From Eledone cirrhosa (Eukaryota), in the NCBI GenBank assembly GCA_964016885.1, contig OZ024746.1, positions 70,990,001-71,054,000 of the forward strand: DNA of 64,000 bases. Direction: 5' to 3'. The translations under genes were made by a program, and so were the position numbers. Positions within the stretch are counted from its first letter, which is position 1; each line of letters begins with the position of its first letter. Shown here one piece after another: positions 1 through 13,854 of this stretch. The notes under the pieces were generated by a model. The model did not search any database. It saw only the letters and a list, made by a program, of their open reading frames with translations, and was not told the DNA's origin.

Positions 1-44
1 AATATATTCACGAAGTAGGCTTCCTTCATCGAGACATAAAACCT
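1..44 (+). CDS. TTBK: Tau-tubulin kinase exon (partial; catalytic loop)
   Basis: Frame from base 3 reads YIHEVGFLHRDIKP (kinase subdomain VIb), followed by GTGAGT donor at 45, phase 0. Confidence 0.9.
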
Positions 45-1476
45 GTGAGTACACTTATACATACATTTTTTTAAAATTATACAATACTGATTATTTACAA
101 TATTATAATGATGAAAAGAAAAAGGTCAGAAGAAGGGGAAAACTCTATGCTCTTGGTTGGATGGTATATCTCAGCTGTACCCCATGGAAAAGATGGCAAA
201 AGTATTGCTATAGTGAACAGCTAGCTATATCCACTGCATCAGCCATTCCACCTTACAGGGTACCTTTCTACCTCAAGCACAATGTCACTGTCCTGATTTA
301 GTAGAGAAAAACAGCAATCTAGGGGCCAAGGATACTGGAGGTCTCCATAGCAACCAACAGAAAAAGGAAACAATCAGTCAATGTCTGTTATTTAGGGATC
401 TTCCATTCTTCTGCATTGTGGGTGGTGACTCCCTGGTCAGTCTTTTTTTATATTTGTTTCATTCATTTATGGGAGCAAGTCATGGGTGATGAACATGGAG
501 CAACTGAGAAGGGGGAAAAATGGAAATGAGAATGGATCAGTGGAACATCGCTGAGAGAGGGAGGAAAATGAACAACCAAAGAATTTCATAGGATGATGAG
601 AATAGAGACAGTAATGAATATTGGGAAGAGAAATGTAATGAGCTGATTAGGTCATATGTTGTGGAAGGATGAAAGTGACTGACTGGGAAGAAAATAATCT
701 GGAATGAAGGGGAAACCAAGAAAGACATAGATACAGATGATGGAAGATATGAAAGCCAGAGGCTTAGGGCAAAACAGAGAAGTTTGTCATGGGGCCTTCA
801 AAGACCCTGCTCTGGTTGGGAAAATGGCCATAAAACGCTTGTGTAAAAGATGAAATGTTATTTTGAAATTTCTTTTTAGTCCTTTTTTTCTTTTTTTTTT
901 TCTTTTAAAGAATTTCAATTAAGTATTTCTGCTGAAATATGTGCTAAAGGATTAAATACAGCCTAGTATTTCATGGTTCTTGGACATTCTGCATGGAATA
1001 TTATTGCAATTACAGCTAATTATATCTTTCGGTTCATTTCATTTCAACATTTCTTGAACACTGGGAATCTTATTTTGCAGATGACCGATTCTAAGTCTCT
1101 TCTGCTACTGAAATTTCCATATATCATTGTTATATGTTTAGTATGATTATTAATTTTAAGAGGAGGCTGGTTAAATGACTGAATCTTCAGACTGTTGGAC
1201 AAAATCATTGCAGTATTTATTCTGGCTTTTTGCATTCTTAAATCACCAATCAAGTACTGGAGTTGATTTAATGAATTTTCCCCTACCTCCAAATTGCTGG
1301 CCTTGTGCCTAAATAAACCATCAAGGCAAATGGATTGCCAGAATCAGTAGAGCATCGCACAAAAACCTTGCTGTATTTGTTTCAACTCTTTACATTTACA
1401 TTCTGATTTCAAAACATGCTGAAGTCAGCTTTACCTTTCATCCTTCTGGTGGTCGATTAAATAAAGTTCCAGTTAA

Positions 1477-1765
1477 CCTTTTAGCATTTAAACCGGCCAT
1501 ATCCGGCCAGAATTCTCTCACCTCTTTTTGTTCAAACCGACTGTAACTAGTTACTCATACTGATGTTAAGGTATTGTTCTCAAAATAAATAATATCAAAA
1601 TCTCAGATTTAATATTATGTGAGATAATTATGTGAGGTAAAGCCTTTACCATGAAAAGAAAATAGTAAATATAGAGTAATGTAAATGTTATGTAAGATAA
1701 TTATGTGAGGTAAAGCTTTTACCATGAAAATATAGTAAATATAGAATAATGTAAATGCTTAAGGG
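1477..1765. mobile_element. piggyBac-type MITE (TTAA TSD) inserted in a SINE
   Basis: TTAA|cctttt agcattta ... taaatgcttaaggg|TTAA; internal ~65-bp tandem duplication; splits SINE sequence aagttccag-ttaa-gtactgggg. Confidence 0.8.
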
Positions 1766-2104
1766 TTAAGTACTGGGGGTGGTATAGTCAACCCCCCCCC
1801 CCCCTTCCTTTCAAATTGCTGGCCTTGTGCCAAATGTAGGAACAATTATTATTATTGGATTGGCAGAATCATTAGTATGTCAAAAGAAATGGTTTGCAAT
1901 ATATATTCTGTTTCTTTATGTTCTGGGGTCAAATCTAGCTGTGGTCAGCTTTGTTTTTCATCCCACCAAATTTGCTGGCCTTGTGCCTCAATTAAAAACT
2001 ATGGGTAATTGCTGGCCTTGTGCCAATAGTAGAAACAATTATTATTATTAAATATACACTTGTTTACAACTTTGACATATATTGATTTCCTCATACATAC
2101 TCAT

Positions 2105-2137
<33 letters not shown>

Positions 2138-2466
2138 CATACACAGTACACATTTACACACATACCTAAACACACAGGCACACACACACATACACACACT
2201 ACACACTCAAACCTACACACACTACACATTCTTACGTACACACAGTACACTACACACTCACACCTACATACATGCACTACACACTCATACCTAGATACAC
2301 ACTACACACTCACACACACAGCTACATACAACACACCCACACATACACCTACACACTACACATGCACACATACATCTACACACAATACACTCACACATAC
2401 ATCTACACACTATGCACTTACACCTACATGTATGTATATTTACAGCCTGCTTTCCTACTTATGTAA

Positions 2467-2667
<201 letters not shown>

Positions 2668-3313
2668 TAATGTGTTGTATGCATATGTGACCGTGTTATG
2701 TGGGTATGTGATTCTGTGAGTGTATGTTTTGTGAGTGTGTATGTGTGTGTTGTGAGTGTATGTATGAATGTGTGTGTGTTGTGAGTGTGTATATGTTTGA
2801 CTGTGTGTGCTATGAGTGTGTATGTATGCATGACTGTGTGTGTGTGACTGTTTGTGTGTGTGTGTTGTGTGGGTATGTGATTCTGTGTGTATGTTTTGTG
2901 AGTGTGTGTGTTGTGTTGTGAGTGTATGTATGAATGTGTGTGTGTGACTGTTGCATGTATATGTGAATGGGTGTGTGTGACTGTTGTGTGAGTGTGCGTG
3001 CATATGTGAGTGAATGTATGTGAGTGTGTTGTGTGGGTATGTGACTGTGTTGTGTGGGTATGTGACTGTGTGTGTGTCCAGACCAGCGTAGTCCTCTCTC
3101 TTGTACAGATCATCCTTAGTCATCCTCTACCACATCTTCCTTCTGTTCTGATCTCTTGGCCCTTCATCACCCATACACATCACATGCCCACACCAACGCA
3201 GTCTTCTCTCATGTACACATCTGATTTTCTTATAACCGTTTTTTTCTTTTGTTGTTCTCTGAAATTTTACCTTTTCATTTATTTATTTATTTGTTCATAT
3301 TTTTTTATTTTAG

Positions 3314-3694
<381 letters not shown>

Positions 3695-3896
3695 TAAGTA
3701 GAAGTTCTTGGCGGAGGATTGGAAATATATATAAAAAAAAGAAACTGTGAGAGAGAGTTAGTCAGTGAAAGTGAGAAAGAGAGAGATTGTCATTGAGAGA
3801 GAGAAAGAGAGAGATTGTCATTGAGAGAGAGAAAGAGAGAGATTGTCATTGAGAGAGAGAAAGAGAGAGATAGTCATTGAGGAAGAAAGAAAGAGA

Positions 3897-4225
3897 TCAT
3901 CATGATCATCAGCTGGCGGTCTCAGCTGAAATCAACTCAACAATTGATCTCCACGTGGATCTGTCATTCATTGCTGCTGCCAAATCCTGGATTTCAATAC
4001 CAGAATCTCTGGAGGTGACATTGGGACAGGAGAGCTTGCGCCTCCTGTTATTAGTGACTGCTTGTGGTTTCCAAAGCACTAATGGGGACACAACCCCATA
4101 GGTGGTACGATAGCAGTGACCAGCAAATCTTACTCTCCTTTTATGTACAATGATAGATATGCATGGGAGATTGGTGTATATTTCTCTCAAAGTCAGATGT
4201 TGCCAACTTATGTTCTGAATGCAGA
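3897..4225 (-). mobile_element. RTE-type LINE 3' fragment
   Basis: ORF remnant HKRRVRFAGHCYR...LVLWKP...AAMNDRSTWR; (TGA)n tail. Confidence 0.65.
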
Positions 4226-4765
4226 GATAGTCAGTGAGGGAGAGAGTCAGAGAGAATGAAATGGCTCTTTATATGTTTCAATCTTGAGTGTCTGAGTGTG
4301 TGATGGTGGTGTGGGAATTCTTACCATTGACTCCAGGGTTATAAGATTGCAGGCCATGTTTATGGTTGTATGATTAAGGAGTTCTCTTTGCAAGAATAAG
4401 TGTTTCTTGTTTGCCCTGTTTGTTCTTACAGCATGACACTGTGGGACTTTGACCAAGTGAATCCCTACTATAGCCTCAGGATGATTAATGCCATGTGAAT
4501 GAAATTTGGTAGATAGAAACTGTGAAGACACCTGTTGTATATTCACATTGTGAATCATTACTATCCTCAGTTTAATGTCTATTTTCCATGTTTACAAAGG
4601 TTAGACTGTTTGTCATATGCTGAGGCCTGATTGGTCCAGTCATCAGATCCTGCTTGTAGGTTCCATTTTGACTTGGTTCACCCTCATTAATGGCCTTCTT
4701 AATGTCTTTGTGGCTGGATGCCATTCCTAATGCCAATCACTTTAAGACATGTACTAGGAGAATTT

Positions 4766-4858
4766 AGCTTTGCCTTTCATCCTTACGGGGTCGATAAAAT
4801 AAAGTACCAGTAATGCACTGGGTAATTGCTGGCCTTGTGCCAAAAGTAGAAACAATTA
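4766..4858 (+). mobile_element. tRNA-headed SINE family A, 3' part
   Basis: tttgcctttcatccttacggggtcgataaaataaagtaccag...gctggccttgtgccaaaagtagaaacaatta; many copies across the window; full copies carry a gagttcaaatcc B-box. Confidence 0.8.
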
Positions 4859-5067
4859 TATATATATATATATATGTGTGTGTGTCTGTTTCATTAAATT
4901 ACAATGTAAAATCTACATTATATTGCAGAAACTGATGTGCTCTGCAAAATGTAATAATAATAATAATAATTGTTCCTACTTTTGGCATAAGGCCAGCAAT
5001 TACCCAGTGCATTACTGGTACTTTATTTTATCGACTCCGTAAGGATGAAAGGCATAATAATAATAAT

Positions 5068-5842
5068 GATTTCTTTATTGGCCACAAGGGCTGACATCAA
5101 GAAAAACATTACAGACGGCACAGGATGGTACAGGACGGTACGATGTGGGTTTTGTGCGTGTAAAGATTTTTATTATTTATATAAGAAAAAACACACAGTC
5201 CATGCTGTAATGTGGCCGTGTAGGTAACACGGTAAAAACCTCCCAGTCCACACTGTAAACGTGGTTGGTGTTAGGAAGGGCATCCAGCCATAGAAAACCC
5301 GCCAGACAGTCCTATACGAGCAAGACAACCAATCTTGCCTCAAGTGGGAAAATTCCCATCCAAACCCATGCTAGCGTGGAAGATGGACGTTAAACGATGA
5401 TGGTGATGATGATGAAGAAAAGAAAAAGAGGACATGGAAACATATATATATATAAACAATAAAAATGAAAATTGAAACAATGAAAAATTCCCCAATAGGG
5501 AGGAAACCTCTGAGGGTTACTTGTGGCGAAAACCACACAAAAGACCACGGCCACCCTGACCACCAGGGCAAGCGCCCTCTCAATTTTTCCATTTCTTAAA
5601 CTACAGGCGTATATTCAGAGTGGTCCCATTCACTCTGACCATTCTCGCTACATTCACCCACCTTTCAACAAACTTGCAAGAAGGCAGCACTTGCCTCTCC
5701 ACCCTGATTTTCCTCTTCAAGTGAAACTTGAAAAAGTTAATTAGGGATTCGCCGAAGAGGAAAGTATCTGTCTTTACCCCTTTCAACCTTGTCCACCACA
5801 CAATCTCTTTCGCCATGGCCACCAGGCAGATGAAAACCGCCT
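5068..5842 (-). mobile_element. 3' end of a LINE (probably L1/Tx1-type), interrupted by a SINE
   Basis: Minus-strand ORF remnant AKEIVWWTRLKG...FKFHLKRKIRVER...FVERW, then 3' UTR ending AATAAAGAAATC plus (ATT)n; near-identical second copy at 6234-6663. Confidence 0.55.
5191..5415 (+). mobile_element. SINE or short retroposon with RTE-like 3' end and (GAT)n tail
   Basis: ccagtccacactgtaaa..ggtgttaggaagggcatccagcc...acccatgctagcgtggaagatggacgttaaacgatgatg; near-identical copy at 35478-35706; fragments at 30196-30296, 30453-30510 and 33455-33620 (-). Confidence 0.75.
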
Positions 5843-5873
<31 letters not shown>

Positions 5874-5904
5874 TTTCTTTATTATATATTAATAATAATA
5901 ATAA

Positions 5905-6181
5905 TACCAGTATTTAAAGTGGGAATTAAAAAGGATTTGGGATTGTCATGAGATCAAGGTCGTCCCGTTTGTCATAGGAGCACTAGGTACTATCGCAAAG
6001 AGTTTTCAAGAATGGTTAAAGAACATTAGTCCTGTCCCCTTTTTTGAAACACTTCAAAAGGCATGCTTGCTGGGAACAGCAAGAACCCTCCGATATGTTC
6101 TGAATATCTGAGGCTGCAAGTAACGGCTTGATGTTCATTTGGACAAATTTTCCAGTTAAATAACATCAATGACTGAGACTC
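5905..6181 (+). mobile_element. 3' end of a Dong/R4-type (restriction-like endonuclease) LINE inserted in (TAA)n
   Basis: 5905-6111 translates YQYLKWELKRIWDCHEIKVVPFVIGALGTIAKSFQEWLKNI...LQKACLLGTARTLRYVLNI*, the RLE C-terminus; TAA repeats on both sides. Confidence 0.8.
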
Positions 6182-6233
6182 TAATAATAATAGTAATAAT
6201 GATAATGATAACAATAATGATAATGACAATAAT

Positions 6234-6663
6234 GATTTCTTTATTGGCCACAAGGGCTGACATCAAGAAAAACATTACAGACGACACAGGACGGTACGAT
6301 GTGGATTTTGTGCGTGTAAATATTTTTATTATTTATATAAGAAAAGAAAAAAAGGACATAGAAACATATATATATATAAACAATAAAAATGAAAATTGAA
6401 ACGATGAAAAATTCCCCAATAGGGGAGAAACCTCCAAGGGTTACTCGTGGTGAAAACCACACAAAAGACCACAGCCACCCTGACCACCAGGGCAAGCGCC
6501 CTCTCTCAATTTTTCCATTTCTCAAACTACAGGCGTATATTCAGAGTGGTCCCATTCACTCTGACCATTCTCGCTACATTCACCCACCTTTCAACAAACT
6601 TGCTAGAGGGCAGCACTTGCCTCCCCACCCTGATTTTCCTCTTTAAGTGAAACTTGAAAAAGT
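6234..6663 (-). mobile_element. Second, shorter copy of the same LINE 3' end
   Basis: Closely matches 5068-5190 plus 5416-5735 without the SINE insert; flanked by AAT/GAT repeats; a further short copy near 50205-50300. Confidence 0.6.
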
Positions 6664-6808
6664 ATAACAATAATGATAATGATGACAATGACGCATTTTA
6701 TCGAACTGTACCATTTTGTTGTTTTGTAATTAATAATTATATTGTTATTGTTTGATTGATTAATAGATTATTTATTTATTTAGTTGTTTTTCTTTTCATC
6801 TGTTGCAG

Positions 6809-8812
6809 CCACCTTCATGGACCACATACTCCAGGTCATGGTGCCACAGATGTAATGGACGAAAACTTCAGTTACAACCAAGAAGAGGATCATGCGGACA
6901 CAAAGAAAGGAAACATCGATCTGATCATCGACAACCACATGTACAAGAACGAGATCGATAATCGGCTTCGTGAGGAGCACAAGGAAAGAATGTGCCAGAG
7001 AAAACAATTGGAACAACTCGAGAAGGACGAGTGGAAGTGTCGATCTGAGCAAGGGAGCAAAGAGATGATAGTAGACAAAGCAGATGTTCTGAAAGGAGAT
7101 AAAGCTCAGCTGTCTATTGCTGGGGGTCAGAAATCTTCATCTGACCTTGCTGTTCTCGACAATCAGCTGCGCCATATTCTCAAGCCAACACCCGACGATC
7201 CTGGCTGCAGTAAATGTGATTGCGTCAAGAGCTCATCGGAGAAGAAGGAACTGGGCGAGGACAAGGACGTGCAGGCTGTTGAGGAGGATCGGGGCAGCAA
7301 AGGCGCGGTGAGCAGCAAAGGTACGAAAGAAAGTGGCGGAGAGGAGAAAAATGGTGAGACTCTCATAAAATTATCCCATAGTCCAAAATCTCATGGTGCT
7401 ATCGAACCAAAAGTAACATCAGGCACAAAGACCCCTGTCGAGAGTCCCGATAAAGACAGATCTCAAAACCAGTGCGAGAAGAACTCGAAGGCGGAACACA
7501 TATGCAACATAACTGAGCATACAAACCCAGTCAACCCACAGCAGATTCTCACAGTTAGTGGAGCACCAACTCAGGGAGATGACAAAACTCAAACCCACAT
7601 GGATGCCACAAATGCGTTCAATGATGAATTTGCCACAAAGGCCGCCCCTTATACCGTAATAAGCCACTGGATAGGAATATCTGCATTTGGCTCAAGCTCC
7701 GAGGAAGAACATGAGCATGATCACGACAGCGAACATGGCAACGACACACGAGGACTAGGTGTGGATAGCAAACTGGTGAAAGTCCGTGATAAAGTAAAAT
7801 ATTCTCACCAGAACACATTAGCAGATGAAGTATCCCTCCGACCGGACAGTGCAAATAGGAACTCCATGACGTTACTGGACGATAACAAAGACATGTTTAA
7901 TATTCTAGCTTGCTCAGACGAGGCCATAGACACACATCCAGTCGATGCAACGGCTGTTGTGAAAAACAAAGAAGCGAGTGCAATAAACTGGGATGAACCA
8001 AAATTTCCTTTTCCGGAGGACTCTTCTGAGCACGCGCTTCGAAGTATTCCACGTTCGTTCACCATTCCCGATGGAAATGTCCAATTTACTCCATCAAGCC
8101 CTAGTAAAATGCCTGAAAAACTTGTGAAAGACATTGGAAATTTGATAGGGTCACCGTTAAAACATCCGTTCAGTGCCACACGGCGTTTTCTGAAGGTTCG
8201 CAGTAGTTTATCTGATAAGAAATCTGGTTCACAATCAAAGGGGGGTGTACTTGGGAAGCCCCCCTTAGCACAACTTACTGTTAAATCTAGCCCCAAGCAC
8301 CACAAACGAGGAGACAGCGATGTCGGTTTAAGTGACCACTCAGACTGTGCCGTGTCAAGATTTTTACTGAGTCTAACGAAAGACGACAAAGCACTGGATA
8401 ACATTAGTGTCAGCTCCCTAGGGTCGAGGCCAGATCTGGCCCTTGATTCTGACGGGAACTATGTTTTATCACCTGGGGAAGCCAGCGTAACTCTTACATC
8501 ACAGCAGGTTCCCTTTAAAAACAACGAGGAATATGCCTCTTTGGCCGATCCTCATAGCGGTTATGTGGAGGACATGTGTAGCAGGAAACATTTCCGAATA
8601 GGTGGTAGTAGGCAACGCTCTACATCAGAATCTCGAATTAGTAGATCTCGGACTAAAAGCAGTCAAAAATTAGCAATGACCAGTTCGTACGAACAAGCTG
8701 TTGATTGTTCTGGTAGCAATGCCTTAAAACCTCTGGCTTCTTCTGAACAAGGAACAAGCTTCAGTCCTAAACCTCCAGGCCATGCGCCACGGAAGCCTAT
8801 TGTTTCAGCAAG
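6809..8812 (+). CDS. TTBK: Tau-tubulin kinase large exon (low-complexity, probably disordered C-terminal tail)
   Basis: ttgcAG acceptor is phase-compatible with the previous exon (GC|C=Ala); 2-kb uninterrupted, GC-richer ORF rich in S/E/K/D; ends FSPKPPGHAPRKPIVSA(R); GTAAGC donor at 8813, phase 2. Confidence 0.85.
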
Positions 8813-9141
8813 GTAAGCTTCAGTATAATAATAATAATGTCATATATTTTGTTGTTAATCTATTCTATGAGGAGACCATCATTTTTGCTCATCATTTTGT
8901 TTTCTGACATGCTGCTTCTCTTTCTCTCTTTTTCTCTCTCTTACTGTACCTGATGTCTTTAGTTATATACATATATATATGTATATATATAGTGTATGTA
9001 TGTTCTTGTGTGTATATATATATATTATAAATATACGCATATCTATGTATACATATTTTTAAATATATATGCATATATATACACATAAGTATGTATACAT
9101 ATAAACGAATATATATATATATATATATACTGTAGTACATA

Positions 9142-9204
<63 letters not shown>

Positions 9205-9290
9205 ACAAGTTTTGTTGAAATATCCAAGGGTAAGAGCACTCAGTCCATAGGATGAGTTAAGTATAATTAGTTACAATTGTTGTGACTAAT

Positions 9291-9337
<47 letters not shown>

Positions 9338-9789
9338 AAGCACATATATGTGCTTTTGTGTATATATATATGTTGCTAAATATTTATATATATGTTGTGT
9401 TTGTTTTTGTGTAGAAACTGAAGAAAATAACTCTCAGTGTATAGTGTAGTTTTATTGGAAAACAGTTACTGAATTCACTCCATCATTACTTAGATTTTCA
9501 TTATCACACACACACGTAAGATGTGTAACTGTGATCCAGTCCTTCAAACAATGTCAATGAATTGTGAAATGTGGTGCAAAATATTGGAGTGGATCTTGTA
9601 AGAAGGTTGGTTCTCATTAATTCTCATGTCTGGTCAAATATTTAAACATATTGTGTGGTCTTCAAAGCCTCTATCCAAGAATTACTGTATGTCATGAATG
9701 GAAGTAAATTATGTTCATTTATCTTCAAGAATAATTAATTACTCTGTGAGGCTGAAGTAGTTTTAGAGCTAGTTTCTAATATAAATTTT

Positions 9790-10225
9790 TATGTTATGAT
9801 ATTTGGGTCATGGCTGAAAGAATATGGTTGCAAATACAAGCAGCTGAAATGGGGTTCCTCTGAAGAGTCTTTGGAGTAACATTACTCAATAGGGTGTGTA
9901 GCTCAGAGATCAGAGAGTCACTTCAGTTAGAGCTACTATTTTTCCGAATTGAGAGATCACAGCTCCAATACTATGGACGTGTGGTTAGAATGTCACAGGA
10001 AAAAATTGCTGCACAGATTTTATGGGCAAAAACCAACGGGCAAGAAACCCAGGGGTAAACCCCGAGCAAGATGGTTGGATAACATCCATGAGCTTGGCTG
10101 GTCACGCTTGGGGATCCAGCCGAATCAGTTGGAGTTGGTTGCTTCTGACAGGACCCGCTGGAAGGAGTGTTTGAGGACTCTTCCCCCACGAACCTCTGAG
10201 GAATAAGTGGGCGACGAGGAAGTGA
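9790..10225 (+). mobile_element. RTE-type LINE 3' fragment
   Basis: IQAAEMGFL, YYGRVVRM, KPTGKKPRGKPRARWLDNI...DRTRWK motifs with frameshifts. Confidence 0.75.
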
Positions 10226-10502
10226 TATTTGGGTACCTGGCAATTTTAGGAGTTTCCCAAAGGGATATTTTTTGTTTTTGCTGGTAGTGTCAATTTGACA
10301 ATTACTCTGATCTCTAGTTAAGAGATGATGCAGTTTGTTTCAGTTTCTGGAGAGTCTTTTGTTAGGAAACATCTACAATTCCATAGCATGTTAAATCATG
10401 GCTTGGCATTAACAACAAGTTTCTATATTATTGGAGTTGGGTGGGAGGAATGCAAATCTTTGGTTCTTATGTTTCCAAACAAACTGTGACAAAAAGGTCG
10501 AC

Positions 10503-10546
<44 letters not shown>

Positions 10547-11201
10547 TGTGTGTGTAAAGTTAGGTATACTATACAGTTATATAATACAGTCTGAGCGTCT
10601 GAATCAATACACTTCATTGAGAACTATTTCAAGCGTAATGTATTTCAAACAACAATAAGAAGACTTTATAAATATAATAATAATAGTAATAATAATAATT
10701 TAATGTTTTTCCTGCTATTATTAGTAGTGGTAATAACATTAATGATAAAATGGTAGTGATAATAAAATATCATGTCACATTTTGTCACAGAAGAGAGACA
10801 GACATTATAAAGGTTTACTTTGATATCAATTCTTTTATTTCTTTTTTTTTATGAAACTATCTTTATATATCTAAAAATATATTTTATTCAAATTTAGAAA
10901 ACTGAAATATATATTTTTTTATGTTTTATGCTATTTTCATTTACTTCAATTGTATTATATCTGTTGTTGTTTAATTTGGGAAGGCACTTAACAAATTAGA
11001 GATGGCTTATATTGTTGCTATAACTTGTAGGTTAAGATACTATGTAGATGGCTTCCTTGTTGGCTAGATTTTTCATATGTCCCTCGCTATTTTTAAGATG
11101 TGTGATTTGAGGGCAATTTAGCTGCTGCATCTTGTAAGCTGGGAGACCATGTAAATGGCTTCCTCATTAGTTTGTTTATGCATGTCCTATTTTTTTTTTA
11201 A

Positions 11202-11422
11202 CCATTTAGTATTTGCATTACTATATATTTACTATTGAATTTTCATGGTAAAGACTTTACCTCACACAATTATCTCACAAAATATCGAATCTATGAAATT
11301 TTGATATTATTTATTTTGAGAACAATACCTTAACGTCAGTATGAGTCGCCAGTTACAGCCAGTTTGAACAGAAAGAGGTGAGAGAATTTTGGGTGGATAT
11401 GGCCGGTTTAAATGTTAAAGGG
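11202..11422. mobile_element. piggyBac-type MITE, same family
   Basis: TTAA flanks and degenerate TIRs; body is the reverse complement of 1477-1765. Confidence 0.75.
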
Positions 11423-13605
11423 TTAAAGCAGTTATATATCAATGTATATGAACCCACATACAGTATGTATATGTATAATAAACATACACATAGTCTCACT
11501 GTGATTGTATCACAGCTACATCAGCATTTGTGTAAAAGTGCTGCATACATATTTCAGAATTAATTCTGAAATACATATATAGAGAATTTTACATAGATAC
11601 TGAGGTAGCTGTGACATTATCACAGCTTAAAATACTCACAAGACAATATATATATATATATGCTTATTATATACAGACATGTTGGCAGTATTGGTAGAGA
11701 TTCCGACATGTTTTGTGGCATATAGTTACATCCCTTTACATTCTGAGTTCAAATCCTGCTGTGGTTAACTTTGCCTTTCATCCTTATGGGGTCAATAAAA
11801 TAAAGTACCAGTAATGCATTGGAGTTGATTTAATCGACTTTCTCCTCCCCCCAAAATTGTTGGCCTTGTGCTTACACCAGAAACCATTATACATAGGCAT
11901 ATTGTATAATATAAGAAAGTTTGTTATATTACTAAATCTCTCTGAATTCTTGATTATTTTCAAAATCATTTGCAAATTGTAAGCAGTATCTTTCATTAGA
12001 TATATGGTAATGAAAGGGTTAAACTGAGTAAGAGATTATACCTAGGAACACCGATTCTCTCTCTGTTCATTCAGTTTTGCTGACAAAGATAAGGTAGAAG
12101 ATAGGGTAAAGGACACAATCTCCCAAGGTAGTGCACAATGGGACTGAGTCAGAAATCCCATGGTTGTGAAACAAATTTCTTAAACACACAGCCATCTACA
12201 AAAAACCCCCCCAAAACTCCCCCAAAATCTGTGCTTCTTCTAATTTGTTGAAATGGAAATTTCATGTAATTTAGAATAAGTTTGAGTTAGATCTTTAATT
12301 GTTTTTTTAGTGTTTTTGTTTTGTTTATCTTTGTTGAAACTGGAATCTGATGGAGGGAAAATAAGATCATAATCTAGAATAGCAATGTTTTATGCTAAGA
12401 GTGTTATTAGACATCCATTAGAAATGATTTTGGTGCCTTCTTTCGTGTTCTCTGCCACTATCATTATCATCACGATTCACCATCATGATAAACATCAACA
12501 TCACCATCATCAACATCACCATCATCATTGTCATCATGATTATCATTAATCTCCTCCATTGCCACCATTGACAATGAACCCCACCACCACAACAACTACC
12601 ACTGCCATCACTACTGCAACCACCACCACAATTACAACCACCACCACAACCGCTATCACTTTCACCATCACCACTACTGCTATCACCACCACTACCACTA
12701 TTAACAACAGCAACATCATCGTTTATTAAAACAACATTACCACAACCACCACTGCAATTACCATTAACAGCATCAACACTACACACCAATACACCACCAC
12801 ACTTATCATATATCACCACCACCAACATCTCCACAAAAAATATTACTGCCAACCAATAACTGTATATGTCCCTTATATATATATATATATATAATATATA
12901 TATAATATATATATCAATGATATTAATAAATGGAAACTATATTTATAAAACCATATTTATGTTATTTTATATCTTTCAAGGGTACCAACATTTTGGTACG
13001 CTCTCATTAGATAAAATACAAAATTTGTTTTATAAATGTTGACAAACCCAAGAAACCAGACCTTATTGGTTCAGGTTCAGTTTGGATAGTGAAAAAAAAA
13101 AAAAAATTCAAATCCTTAGGATGAATATGTAAATGAGGTTGAAACATAAAGCTGAAAAAAGATCGTTATATTTAGACGCTAGGTAAATTTAAATAATTTT
13201 TAGGATAATTTAAAAGGATAATTTATAAAAAAAAAAAAAATATAATAAAATAAAAAAAAAAATAAAATAAATATGGTTTTATAAATATAGTTTCCATTTA
13301 TTAATATCATTGATATTATACTCCAGGAAACTTGTAGAGTGCTTTGAATCTGTTATAAATAAATTTGTTGAATAACCAAAAAATTAAATATCTCTTTCCT
13401 TATATATATATATATATGATATATATATGATATATATATATAAAATACATGATTATATATATATATATATATATATATAAGTTGAAATAAAATGAAAACG
13501 AAATTTCATTTCTCACTCTTAGTACGGCACTTACTTAAATGTAAGTATGTTTTTCATAAGGAAAGTATATACTTTCGAACGTTCAACTATCTGGCAGATG
13601 GGTAT

Positions 13606-13648
13606 ACGGTGCTGATGATAGCTAACAAGCTTGAAACTAGTACATCGT
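13606..13648 (+). ncRNA. Minimal type I hammerhead ribozyme
   Basis: acggtg-CTGATGA-tagct aaca agctt-GAAA-ctag-TA-catcgt: 6-bp stem I (one G-U), intact core, palindromic stem III ACTAGT. Confidence 0.75.
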
Positions 13649-13803
13649 TCCTGTGTCAGTGTTGAACAAAAAGGTGACGTGGTTGCCTTAACACCGTACG
13701 GCATAAAAAATTCAGGCTTTTCAGTTTGTTTACAAACGAACAAAGCGGCGTTATAATAAACGTCCGCTAAACTGATACGTGCATATATGTATGTGTACCT
13801 GTA

Positions 13804-13854
<51 letters not shown>

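Noticed and set aside
8030-8120. EB1-binding SxIP motifs in the TTBK tail
   Set aside because: Only near matches (RSIP, FTIP, SKMP); no canonical S/T-x-I/L-P in this segment
7805-8404. 199-aa antisense ORF, plus alternative-frame ORFs over the ZNF gene (47894-48457)
   Set aside because: Shadows of real coding sequence with no independent motifs
6756-8816. Stand-alone 686-aa gene
   Set aside because: Non-ATG start in intronic sequence; splice sites are phase-compatible with the TTBK exons
12418-12852. Gly/Cys/Met-rich ORF, and similar ORFs at 15632-16075 and 22002-22717
   Set aside because: Degenerate trinucleotide repeats (CAC/CAT/CAA) without splice or homology support
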